DNA of 64,000 nucleotides from Octopus sinensis (taxonomy: Eukaryota). Below the pieces are notes generated by a model. It worked only from the letters and a program-made list of their open reading frames with translations, searched no databases and was not told where the DNA came from. Position 1 is the first letter of the stretch. Each line of letters opens with the position of its first letter. Location of the stretch: the NCBI RefSeq assembly GCF_006345805.1, contig NC_043006.1, positions 12,772,001-12,836,000 of the forward strand, read 5' to 3'. Positions 1 to 12,719 of the stretch are shown piece after piece. The translations under genes and the position numbers were made by a program.

Positions 1-699
1 AGCTACTTACCACACGCTGTATTTCGTTTGCTTTCACGCTCTGATTTCAAAGGTCGATTTTGCCTTTCATCCTTTGAGGTTCGATAAATTAAGTACTGAG
101 GTCAATCCAATCGACTCAACCCCACCCCCAAAATTTCGGGCCTTGCGCCTATAGTAGAAACGAATAATAAGGAATTCTAATATAGGCACTAAACTTCAAA
201 TTTTCGTGTGGTGGGTTATTCGATATCATTGACTACAGTTAAAAGAAGTTATTACATAACACAGAACGAAGAGTCTATGTATATATAGGTTTACAATTTT
301 GGCACAAGGCCAGCAATTTCATGGGAGAAGGTAAGCTGGTGCTAATTTTAACGACACCCACACTGATGAAAGACAAAGACAACCTCGGTGGAATTTGAAC
401 TCAGAACGTAACGACGGACGAAATGCCGCTAAGCTTGTACCAGCTCAGTGCCTTAACTAAGTATATATTGAAAATACTGATGTTCAGTATAAGAACCTTC
501 TGTTTAATTTATCCAATGAATAATATAAAACACAACACGTAGCGAAAGGGATAATTTTGTTTATAATTCTGTGTCGTAAAGAAGTTGATAGAAAATTCAG
601 TTTGTGTCTACCGAGAAAAAGATTCTTTTAAGTTTTGGATTCGACCGAACGTGTTATAATTTGCAGTATAATACGTTCGTCAGATTCGATAACTACAGG

Positions 700-1605
700 G
701 TGCCTGGTTATCAGATTATATCAGATTATATTAGTTCGTCTCTTTTCAAAGAATTAACACGAATAATATATTTATCGCGACGTTTTCTCTGCTCTTTTCT
801 CGATTTTTGATTGTTTTTGAAGTTTGAATAAATTTTCCTTTTCAGACACATTACGATTGAGAGTCAAGTAGAAAAGATGAAGATTTTCGATCCCTTTGCT
901 CTTTACTTTCAGTCAAGGTTCCAAAGTTGCTAAAGTCGCTCAAGTCTTGTGTTGTGTACAGAGAAGGCATCATTACTGAAAGAACTGCACAGAAATGGTT
1001 TTCATGCTTCAACGAGCGGAAATTCGACCTCACAGACTCTGTGTTCCCGCCGACATTTTCACTCTAATGACGATCGATTGAATGAACTTATCCACAAGGA
1101 TCCGCTCCAATACACAATAGAATTGGCCTAGCAGATTGGGTGCTCTCGTGATATCATCACCCAACACCTTAGATCGATGAAAAATCTAGCTGAAATGACC
1201 CGACTGGTAACATGGCCTTCTTCTTCGACGGGTCCCACTCTCTTCCGAGTCGTTAACTTGACCAAAAAATTCAACGCAGTTCACCAAAAAATACAACACA
1301 GTTCTACTACATCCATTTTATTTTCCTGATATATCTCAGGATCATCACCTTTTTGTGTCGCATTCCAATAGTCTGCAAAGAATTTCATTCAAAGACATGG
1401 AACTAAAACCTTGGTTCGATGAATTCTTCAAGTCAAGACCCGGTGATTTCTATCGTCAAGGTATTGGCAAGTGATTGGAACGTTGACGAGAAGTAGTGAA
1501 CAATGAAGAAGAGAGTATTATTGACTTGTTAAAAAATATTGATGAAAAATAGAGATTAAAATAAATGTAAAAATGACGAACGAATTTATCTGACAGTGCA
1601 ACATA
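700..1605 (+). mobile_element. Decayed, internally deleted mariner (Tc1/mariner) transposon
   Basis: Frameshifted N-terminal HTH peptides (ESQVEK..., ITERTAQKWF, DDRLNELIHKDPLQYTIELA) at ~857-1190. C-terminal motif KDMELKPWFDEFFKSRPGDFYRQGIGK*LER at ~1390-1520. Imperfect TIRs at ~705-742 and ~1574-1605. Most of the catalytic domain is missing. Confidence 0.85.
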
Positions 1606-2817
1606 TACGTTCAACCAGGATATGATTAATATAAACTAACTCGAAACATGGAATCAAAATTATAGTTACGAGCCAAACAAGGAACCGAACCAAAGAAACC
1701 TTCTTTAGAAATTGGCACATAAAATCAAATCCAAGAACTAGAGGTTGCTGACTTTTTTATGTGCAAATCAATGAAAGACAAAACATATATGACATCACAA
1801 TCTACAAAAAGGTAGAAATAATCAAATAAAGGTGGGTATCATTCAAAAGGTAAGCGAAAACATAAAGGGTGAACAGAGAGCTATAAACACTAAAGATATT
1901 TCTGTAGTATCAATACAGTTTTATGAGATAATATATTACATTTAAATAACATTTCTAAAATAAACCTGATTATGCATCACAGAATAGAATATGCGTTAGC
2001 TACACTAAAACTGTATAGGATTAAAACGAATCAACCTACCATAAAATTCTGTAATGAAACGAATAGTACTAAGTATACGTCAGGGCGTTTCATATAATGT
2101 CATATTGCCTTACATTTATCAGGGCTATAAAAACTATTGAATTAAATACGATATTCCGTGCAGAACCCATACAAACACACATACTTATAGGTGTGATTGT
2201 TTGCGTATATTCATGTATACATTATATATATATGTATATATATATAAATATAATATTAAATATAAGATTAAAAAGTATAACGATGGTTAAGTAATGTGCA
2301 AAATAATAAATAAAATGTATATATTTGGTATATATATTATTTTTTTTTATTATTTTGCACATTACCTAATCATCGTTATATTATTTATCTTATATTTAAT
2401 ATTTCTGTTATGTGTAATTTTCTAGATGGTGTAATTTGATTTTTCATTTTGAATTGATAAATGGTGGCTTTTTTCTAATTTATATATATATATATTATAT
2501 TATGTGAAATTTGATTTAGTACTTCTAAATTGAATTTTTCCCTGTAAGTTTGGATTAATATTCCCTCAAATTATTATCATTATATATATACATACATACA
2601 TACACGAATACATACATACATATATTGACAGACAGACAGGCAGACAGACAGAGATAGTGATATTGATAGAAACATTCAGTATAGAGAAATATATTTAATG
2701 TGTGCACACACCCATGCACACACATATTTTAACTGAAGAATGCTTTAATAAATAAACATATAAAACTGTGAGCATTAACGAAACTCACAAGTGTAGAGTT
2801 AAATATATTTAATAATA

Positions 2818-2914
2818 ATTATGCTGATAACGAACTCGAAGTTTTACCAATAGTAACCGTCGGTAACTGTTATTGACTGGTCTCAGGTCAGAAATATTCG
2901 AAACAGTTTATAAT
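2818..2914 (+). ncRNA. Degenerate type I hammerhead-like motif
   Basis: ATTATG/TATAAT stem I, core CTGATAA (G8 changed to A), GAA...TTC stem II, then GAAACAGTT. Confidence 0.4.
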
Positions 2915-3604
2915 AAATGGATCTTTTGCGACTTCTATCGACTTATGTCTCCAATAACTTCACGACATATATCACCAAGATTAGTTTGTTAAATGCATTC
3001 ATCATGTTTAACGCAATCGTTTGTTAACAAAGAAAACGGTACAGTAGAATATTTAAAGAAGGCGGCGAATAGTCAAAGTAATATACTGCAATGCTTTGCA
3101 GTATACGTTGCGTTTTAGGACACATTCCATCTTTTCTACTTTTGTTCACAGAGACTTAAAAAATCTATGACAAGAAACTGAACCATTAAAGGTTTATTTT
3201 AACAGACATTTTTCAACTTTCTCTTGAGAATTGATACTGAGAATCCTTTGTGAAGTGAAACATTTGGTAAACAAACATCATTACATGGAAATGTCTTCGA
3301 GTATTCTTGTAAGATAGGTAGGAAAATGTTCTCTTCAGAATATGAAGTTTCCTTGCTCAAAGGAAAACATAGTAGAGAAAAACGCTACTGTAATGAAATA
3401 GGAGGAAAATGTTATGTCAATAGCCAGTAATATAAATTGAAATTTTAGCACAAAGGCCATCGATTTTGAGGGAGGGTGTAAGATGACAATTGATACTTCT
3501 TTTATCGACCTGCGAAAGGCAAATTGAGCCTCGGTGGAATTCGAAGTCAGAACTTAAAGACAGACCAAGTGACGCTACGCATTTCACCCGGCGTGCTAAA
3601 GATC

Positions 3605-3836
3605 CTTATTCCTTTACTGCTCACAAGGGGCTAAACACAGAAGGGACAAACAAGGACAGACAAACGGATTAAGTTGATTACATCGACCCCAGTGTGTAAC
3701 TGGTACTCAATTTATCGACGCCGAAAGGATGAAAGGCAAAGTTGACCTCGGCGGAATTTGAACTCAGAACGTAGCGGCAGAGGAAATACTGCTAAGCATT
3801 TCGCCCGGCGTGCTAACGTTTCTGCCAGTTCGCCCC
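3605..3836 (-). mobile_element. tRNA-derived SINE family A, full copy
   Basis: Reverse strand shows an A-box-like TGGCAGAAACGTTAG, a B-box GAGTTCAAATTCC and the body GCCTTTCATCCTTTCGGxGTCGATAAA. Many copies in the window. Confidence 0.85.
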
Positions 3837-4152
3837 TTACCAATAACAGTAATTTAGCAAAGTACAAACGAACACGCACTGGAGTTAGCCATATGAATGT
3901 GAAATATATGAGTAATCCTTCGGAATTCAAATCTTGTAATCCGAAAAAAATACATTCTGGAGTGTAACGCTGTCATCGTTAAATCTGTGGAAAATCGTTT
4001 ATTACTAATGGTCATTTAAACATTCAAAAGATTAATAGACACTGGAGAGAAATGCTATGATTGTAAAATTTGTAGAAATTTTTTTTAACAATTCTAATCT
4101 TGTAGTTCACAAATGTTGTCACATTAGAGATAAAACATATCATTGTGAAACC

Positions 4153-4357
4153 ATCATCATCATCATCGTTTAACGTCCACTTTCCATGCTAGCATGGGTT
4201 GGACGGTTCGACTGGGGTCTGGGAAGTCAGGAGGCTGCACCAGGCCCGGTCTGACCTGGCAGTGTTTCTACAGCTGGATACCCTTCTTAACGCCAACCAC
4301 TCCATGGCGTTAGGAAGGACATCCAGCTGTAGAAACACTGCCAGATCAGACTGGGCC
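4153..4357 (-). mobile_element. 3' half of an RTE-tailed SINE with an inverted duplicated segment
   Basis: Minus strand ends GGACGTTAAACGATGATGAT (a GAT-repeat tail); inverted arms span 4241-4359. Confidence 0.75.
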
Positions 4358-5836
4358 TGTGGAAAATCATTCATTAATAATTATCAAATTGTAGTTCACA
4401 AAATAATACACACTGCTAAAAAAAACTATTATTATGATATATATAAAAAAAACTTTCGTTAATAACATTGTGTAACATGATTTTCCTCATTGAGTAGCAA
4501 CTGTCTCGTGTTTGTTACGATATTTATTTACACCCCAAAGAATCCTTCTCAGCACATGGCTATGATGCTACCCCACTACACCTGCTCAGAGACGCACATA
4601 TCATCAACCACTAAGAATCAGCCTCAAGTGATTAAGGTCAAGCGGCTGACAAACAATTCTGGTGTATTGACCAGAATATTCACTACAACGATATTTCTGC
4701 TTCAGCAGCTCAGCACTGAATCTGTCTGAAATGTAACAGAAAATCGGTTAGTTTCAAAACATTGATGTCTAGGTCACAAAAGCGGAGTTTGGAGAAAATA
4801 CTAGTTATTTCCTTTGATTTCTAGATTGAAGCAAATAGGAAAAAAAAAAAACACCGACTGACCAAAGACAAAAACATATAACAAGTTTTGTTACACGATG
4901 TAATTTTTATCTTGTAGTTCACAAAATCTATATACTGGAGATAAACCCTGTCGTTGTGATGTTTGTGGGAAATATTTTGACTATTATAGTATTTTATCAA
5001 CGCCCAATAGACTACGCACTGGAGAAAAAGCCTTTCGATGTGAAATAGCGGAAAATTATTTCTTAATTCACATCTTGCGGCTTACAAATATATTCCCACA
5101 GGAAAAAAGAACCATATCATTGTGACATATTTCTCTCAGAATTCTGATCCTATATGGGCATTTGACTGGAACCTATTACTGTTGCTACTTATGGCTGCTC
5201 ACGGGCTGAGAGGAAAGAGAGGGAGAGAGAAAGAGAGATCACTGAGAGATTACAGAGAGGGTGAATATTTTTCTTAAGGAGAGAACACTGCTTCAGAGTC
5301 TACTACATTTTTTTTTCTATCTCAAGAGATAATTATTTTCTCTATAAGTGAAAGAGCATATGGAATTTTCCCTATTTCCACATAATCCAGTTTGTTTTCT
5401 AGGTGTCCTAGTAGTTGTAGATAATCTTATAGTTCACAACATAATACACTGTAGAGAAAAATCCTTCACTTTCGAAATATTCTGAGACTCTTTTTATCAA
5501 TGATAGTGATTTAATAAAACACGATTCACACACTGAATGCAAAATGTTTCACTATGAATTATGTAATTACTTATTCTTTAATAATTCAAACCTTGTTATC
5601 AACAAACGTAGACAAACAAGAGTAAAACCATATCATTGTGAGATGTGTGAAAAATCTTGCGTCTCGCTAAATTACTGTTAGAGACAAAGTAGTTAGGACT
5701 TCGAATACAATGCATTGCAGTATACATTTATACATTCCGATTCTGCGTTTTCGGTTCAAATCCTGCCGACGTTAAATATGCTTTTCATTCTTTTGGAATC
5801 GATAAATAAAGTAATGCTACTGTACTGTACTGTACA

Positions 5837-6069
5837 GCGGCAAGCTGGCAGAAACGTTAGCACACCAGGCGATATGCGTAGCCGTATTTCGTCTGCCGTT
5901 ACATTCGGAGTTCAAATTCTGCCGAGATCAACTTTGCCTTTCATCCATTCAGGGTCGATAAATTAAGTACCAGTTACACACTGGGGTCGATGTAATCGAC
6001 TTAATACCTATGTCTGTTCTTGTTTGTCCCATCTATGTTTAGCCCCTTGTGGGTAATAAAGAAATAGGT
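5837..6069 (+). mobile_element. SINE family A
   Basis: Same head, body and tail as the other family A copies. Confidence 0.85.
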
Positions 6070-6794
6070 ACTGTACAACCAGATCGATGGAGTTTCAAAA
6101 TGTCAGACGGGATGTGTCCTGTGGTAGCAATTACAGCTGAGTTTGAATTCTGAGTTTAAAGTACTGACGGTAAGCCTTAATCATCTGACTCTATATGGGA
6201 TACTCCCGTCTGCACTGTAATTGACCAGCGTAGGTCGGCAACTCTATAGTCTAGTCCGGAAATGAGGACATCGTTGAGACAACAGCTGAGTCTGAGCTTT
6301 CAGCCTCATTCAGTACGGGGTTACCATGTCCAGCCTGCTATTGGTCAGCAAAGACAAGTAGGTTTACATGAGAATATTGGGTCCAGCTAGTCATTTGCCA
6401 GCATAGATGCATAGACCAATAAAATATATCGTCCCAATAAGAGGATAATACGTCCCACCCACAATCGGCCAGTAAATGCAAATAGGCTCTTAAACCGATC
6501 CAGCAGAAGGTTAAACCGTTCATCATGCAATTGGTTATTTTAGACTGACATATAACTAACAGAGAAAGGCCGAAAACAGTATGGTGAGCTTTCGTTCTGT
6601 AGCGGATCGAAAATATTTGAGCGATCTGAATTAGATTTCGTTGCTTTCTCTAGCAGTCCTAGAGACCATCTAGAGGTCTTTTCATTGACTTGTATAGGGT
6701 TTTATTTCAGTCATTTTGCAAGCGATTTTACAGTGTGAGATAGGATAGAGGTATGAGTGCTACTCATTTAAGTTTTGATCGTATATTGATACTT

Positions 6795-7012
6795 GAGTAA
6801 TCCCTCGACTATCGCGAGTGTTACGTTCCAAAGCCCCCGTGATAGGTAAAAATCCGCGAAGTAGAAACAATACTATACTGTATATTTATTTTATTATTTT
6901 TATAATTTGTATATATTTATTTTATTATAAATGCAAGACAATACCACAGACGAATCGACGTAAGCCTAAATAATAAACCGCGATAGGTGAACCGCGATAT
7001 GTGATCTTCAAA
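6795..7012 (+). mobile_element. Tigger/pogo-type MITE remnant
   Basis: Starts AGTAATCCCTCGACTATCGCG..GTTACGTTCCAAA..AAAATCCGCGAAG and ends AACCGCGATAGGTGAACCGCGATAT, typical Tigger-like subterminal motifs; right TIR truncated. Confidence 0.65.
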
Positions 7013-8224
7013 CATGTTATGCATTATTTCAGTCATTCTAAAAACGATTTTAGGAACGATTCTACTGTGTAACGTTAGACGTAAGAGCTGTTGCTTAAGT
7101 ATTTTTTGTCTGTGTGTCAATACTACTGTATTCTCAATGTGTTATATCTGGAAAGTCGTAGGACTATTTTAATTACGCTTCGTTGGCTTGTAACAGTATT
7201 TTTATTCATTTATCTTGTAAAGATATTACATTTTAAAGATATTGCTCAGGAACTTGCGGTAACATTTGTAGAAGTGTTAGTGTGTCACTTCAATAGAATT
7301 ACTGTAATATATTGTTTATTTGTTTGTTTGTTTCTGAATACAGGTGCGACTGTATAAACAGAATGGAGATATTATTATTTAATTTGAATCCGGCTGCAGG
7401 AATTATTATTTTAATTTCAATAGGATTAGATATGGATCCACTCATGTAAATAAGAATATGATTGTCTTCACGGCTGAATGCATTTTTTTTAAATTGCCAC
7501 ATTTAAAAAATTTCTTTGATGTTCAGAACAAATTCAACAGCAAATTATATTTAAGTTGAAGAGTCTAAGAATGTAGGGATGTAAAAGAATGCATTTGAGT
7601 TTAACTAATTCATAGAGAAACGTTTAGCCTTAGGAGTTAACGGGCAATTCAATAACTCGAAATATCATTTCTGTGCAGAAACTAAATTGCAATAAATAGA
7701 ACAAAGTCGAATGAAGTGTACTGTGATGTGCCATGAAATATGGCATTATAACTGAAGCTTAATGTCAGCATTAACAGTTATAGCTCCTCAGATTTCACTA
7801 CTATAACAGGATATGACAAATATATCATTTCTGCAAGTCAACGCCTGCAATCTCAAGACTCTCACGCTATCTCGAATATTCCGTTAAGAAAAGTCTTCTA
7901 CTCTAACAGACAAGGATGTTTATGTTAGTATTTAATGTGATGGGCCATAAGAAAATCTCTCAGCGCTTCTTATGCAGGCCAGGATTTGTTATGAAGGTTT
8001 TAGAATGGAAAAGAAATGTCAAAATTATTTCTCTTTTTGGCTCATAAAGTTATATTTCTATTGCAGCATATATGTGTACAAGCACTCATACATATATATG
8101 CACACACACATACACACACACTCACAAACACACACATATGTATAAAGAGAGATATAAAAGAAGCGAGATACGATATATATATATACGTGTGTGTGTGTAT
8201 GTATATATATATGCATATATATAT

Positions 8225-8288
8225 TTTTTATTTTATTTTATTTTATCTAGTTTCATCTTACGAGCTGTGGCCATGCTGGGGCACCGCC

Positions 8289-8289
<1 letters not shown>
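8225..8289 (-). mobile_element. Extreme 3' end of the CR1-type LINE with a (TAAAA)n tail
   Basis: Reverse complement GGCGGTGCCCCAGCATGGCCACAGCTC..TGAAACTAG matches the LINE end at 19845-19895. Confidence 0.7.
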
Positions 8290-8374
<85 letters not shown>

Positions 8375-8375
<1 letters not shown>

Positions 8376-8530
8376 ACTGAAGGTTCAGTAAAATTGTATT
8401 ATATACATATGAGAGGGAAACCACTATGTGGTTGACCTATGCTAGAACTATATCCCTTCTAGCATAAGGGCATCCAAATAGTGGTTTCCTTCTCATATGT
8501 ATATAATACAAGTTTACTGAAACTTCAGTT
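8375..8530. repeat. Fold-back element with ~73-bp inverted arms
   Basis: AACTGAAGGTTCAGTAAAATTGTATTATATACATATGAG... pairs with ...CTCATATGTATATAATACAAGTTTACTGAAACTTCAGTT. Confidence 0.9.
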
Positions 8531-8608
8531 TTTTTTATATACTAGACCACTGGTGTGAAATTGATATTAATTAAATTAATATCAAATTTCTCGCCCTCAT
8601 TTTAAATT

Positions 8609-8641
<33 letters not shown>

Positions 8642-8700
8642 TATATAAATATTAAAATTACTAAGTCTCTATAAAAGAGATTACGGCAGCGTTTACTGGA

Positions 8701-8925
8701 AATTAATTGTTATCGCCATATTAATATGGCATTCTTATAGATATAAGAATAATACCTGTCGGACTGGCAGTGTGAAGCGGCTGACCTCCCTTGTTCGAAG
8801 GTTATAATGGATACAGATCGTGTATCAAAAGCTATCTTGATGGCGGTGGCCTCATGGAGCTGACCAGCGGCAGCGATTATTCTTATATCTATAAGAATGC
8901 CATATTAATATGGCCATAACAATTA

Positions 8926-8928
<3 letters not shown>
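8701..8928. mobile_element. MITE-like element with 53-bp terminal inverted repeats
   Basis: 8701-8753 and 8876-8928 are inverted copies with one mismatch. Confidence 0.8.
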
Positions 8929-8994
<66 letters not shown>

Positions 8995-9381
8995 TATATA
9001 TACCGTATTCATTGCATATATTAGGACTTTATATTAAAGCACTAATATATATAACTGCATCTAGGTATTTCAGTGGGTGATTGGTATTTAAATTACCGCG
9101 TCCTATAAAACAATAGTAACAGTCAAATACTTGTGTTGATAGTAACGATGTTGGCCTTGTAGAATGGTAGTATCATCAGGGCCCCAGAGATAAAAAATGC
9201 CTTGCGGTATATGTTCTGGCATTTTATACTCTTAGTTGAAATCCCAGCGGGGGGTCAGCTTCGCGTTTCATCCCGCAGTATTTCAATAAAATAAAGTACC
9301 AGTCAAGCACCTGAGTCGATAGTATACAGAAAGACTGCATCTCCAATTGCAATACCCTATGCCAATATTGAAGCAATTGAA

Positions 9382-9493
<112 letters not shown>

Positions 9494-9717
9494 AGGCAGC
9501 GAAGTAGTTGAATAGTTCGTACGTCGGACAAAATTCTTAGCGACATTTCGTTTGCCTTTGCATTCTGAGGGCAAATTCCGCGAATATCGACTTTCCCTCT
9601 CATCTTTTCGGGGGTTGATGTAATCGACTAAACATTTATCTCAAATTTCAGGTCCCTTGTCTATAATAGAAAGGATTATTATAATAATTATTATTAAAAC
9701 TTTTACGAAAACAGTAA

Positions 9718-10260
9718 ACTAGAAGAATCGTTAGCATGCTGGGCGAAATACTTAGCAGTATTTCGTCTGCCGCTATGTTCTGAGTTCAAATTCCGCCGAG
9801 GTCAACTTTGCCTTTCATCCTTTCGGGGTCGATAAATTAAGTGCCAGTTACGTAATGGTGTCGATATGATCGACTTAATCTGTTTGTCTGTCCTTGTTTG
9901 TCCCCTCTGTGTTTAGCGCCTTTTGGGTAGTAAAAAAGAGGTATTTCGTCTGCCGCTACGTTCTCAGTTCAAATTCCGCTGAGGTCGACTTTGCCTTTCA
10001 TCCTTTCGGGGTCGATTAAATAAGTAACAGTTACGCACTGGATTCGATGTAATCGACTTAATCCCTTTTCCTGTCCTTGTTTGTCCCCTCTATGTTTAGC
10101 CCTTGTGGGTAATAAAGAAATAGGTATTTCGTCGTCTGTACGTTTTGAGTTTAAATTCCGCAGAGGTCGACTTCGTCTTTAATCCATCCGCAGCCGCAAA
10201 TGTAACTACCAATTGAGCAGTGGGGTCGATATAATCGACTTACTCCCTCCCCTGAAATAG
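9718..10260 (+). mobile_element. SINE family A head-to-tail trimer (one headed unit plus two headless units)
   Basis: Units restart at GTATTTCGTC at 9941 and 10124. Confidence 0.85.
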
Positions 10261-11359
10261 CTGTACTTGTGAAAAAATTTGAAACCATTGTTAAATCGCT
10301 TACATATCATTTTAGTAAGCAGAGATTTTTCCTTGATGTTCATTGACAACAGATCTCTTCAAACCTCAAGAATCTATTTAGGAATCTTGCAGAATACAGA
10401 ATTGTACGCTTTAGCAGGTCGGCAATGCGACTCTCAATTTCAATATTTTTCAGCATTTTGGACGTTAAACCAAGTGCACCAGTTGCCACAGTAATAATTG
10501 TGATCTTAGTGCTACATAGTCTCATCTGTCTGGCTAGGTCCCTTTTTTTTTCTCAAATTTCTCTATATTTTTTTGTATCCGTTCTATTATTATATGATAT
10601 TACGAAGTCTATGATCTTAATTTTTTTTTTCTTTTTGGCTTCTGCTATTATATTTGTGTTTCCAGTTTAATAGCCTGGTCAGCCTTTATGGTAAAGTCAC
10701 ATAACACATTGTAATTATTATTCACGAGATCATGTTCATCCTACTTTGAATATACACTCTCGGCTAACATACCATTGCACTCTTTTACCGGCACAGTCAT
10801 ACTCGATTTTCTCTATTTTACTCTATTTTCCCAGTATTATTACTGTTATTGTTCTTGTTGTTGTTGTTGCTGCTGCTAGTATTGTTGTTGTTATGTTATA
10901 AGGCTTGTCACATTGACTCAAATATAGATAACGTTGCCTCAGGTATTTATTCGCTTATAATTCTGAAATTATTGTATTAAAACGCTTTTATCCTATAACA
11001 GTACACTGTAATGGCATAAAATGGCTTACGCAATAAAGTATAACATCGTTGATAGTACGATAAAATAACCAGTTTCAAGCATAGAATATATATATATATG
11101 CTGTCTAGAGCTATAGGATGATAAAGCCATTGTGTTGTTTTATATTTGATTTTGAGATGATATTTGTTGTATAAAGCTTTTGTTAAGTTGTGTCACAACA
11201 TTACATTCTTGTGTTACTCTAAGAACGAAATGTTCATATCATCGATTTTGCTTGGTATGTTTACCTGCAGCAGACATTTTTGTTTTTATCATTTGCTATT
11301 GATCTTTTCGAGACTTCTTGTTCATAACCTACTATTTTATACGTTGAAGACGTTTCAAA

Positions 11360-11440
<81 letters not shown>

Positions 11441-11504
11441 GCATGTATGTATATTAATATATATATATATGTATAGACGTATATACATGTATATATATAT
11501 ATAT

Positions 11505-11535
<31 letters not shown>

Positions 11536-12640
11536 GCGGGTATGCACGCATAATTCACTTTTTATACAATGGCTCTTAGGCAGTGCAAATGCGATTTTTG
11601 AAATATAAAGGAATATCTATGACAATAGCGAAAAACAATGAACATATTAAAGATCTATTATTATTTTTGAAATGAATGTATATTTGCGAATATTAACAAC
11701 AAGTATGGCATCATGGTACGCATATATGTGTGTGTGTGTGTGTGTGCGAGTGTTTGTGTGTTTGTATGTGCGTGTGGTGTTTGTGTGTTTCCATATTACA
11801 TTTGATTGACGCAATTTCAACACCTAACTACAAAAGTAACGAAAATGCTAAAAAAAAATTACTTCACAGGAAAAACGAATTTCTGTTAGATACTTAAATT
11901 CATAATAATAGTTATTTACTAAAACTAGAATAGAAATATAGAGCTGCGAGAAAAATATAATACTAAATTTAGTTTTAACTTTTATCTTTCATAATTTATA
12001 GCTATAGTCACAATAAAAAATATTACCTCTCTTTGGTTTTTATATTTTAGCCTAACGATTTAAGTTATAGATATTGGTTATAATATTTCACGCGTTCTAG
12101 TAAACAATTAGTAAATGGAATATAATCCGCTAATAGCTGTACGTTTACAAGAAACTGCCTAAAGTCATGGATTAACCGTTTGGATATACTTTATGCCATT
12201 TCAGATATACTAAATCTCTCGGGTAAATCGCCAGTTTCAAGTGCGCATCATTTGCTTTCCAACATGTTAAGAAAAGCTCGTACAATACTAAAAGTGTGGG
12301 GACCCGTAAATATATCGATTATTCGTAAGAGTAGCGTCTCGGAATATTAACAAGTGTTACAATTCTTTCTTTAACAGAGGATAACGAGATCTACATTGAT
12401 GAAAAAGAAGACGATGTATAGGAAATGTTGCTATTATTTGTATATATGTGAAAATGGAAGAAAACATGCGTCGTTTCACTGACAGGGGAATTAATGTAGA
12501 GAAAAGTGATTTATGGGTGTTTACACATGGAGAAATAAAACAAAGATGTTTAGATCACGGCTATATCGCGGAAGACATAATAACGGCGTGAAGATTGTGA
12601 TAGATCAATCTCTAGACATTTGTTTGTGTGCGTGTGTGTG

Positions 12641-12719
<79 letters not shown>

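Larger units (their letters stand above)
3206..5665 (+). pseudogene. C2H2 zinc-finger array pseudogene interrupted by several repeat insertions
   Basis: Repeated degenerate finger/linker peptides: YSCKIGRKMF..KHSREKRY, PYECEI, IHSGV..ICGKSF, HTGEKCYDCKIC, YHCET|CGKSF, TGDKPCRCDVCGKYF, TGEKAFRCEI, KPYHCEMCEKS. Many stops and frameshifts. Acceptor-like TTTATTTTAACAG ends at 3205. Confidence 0.85.

Noticed and set aside
12378-12421. Possible terminal exon (xDNEIYIDEKEDDV*) after a good acceptor
   Set aside because: Too short, no partner exons and no recognisable homology
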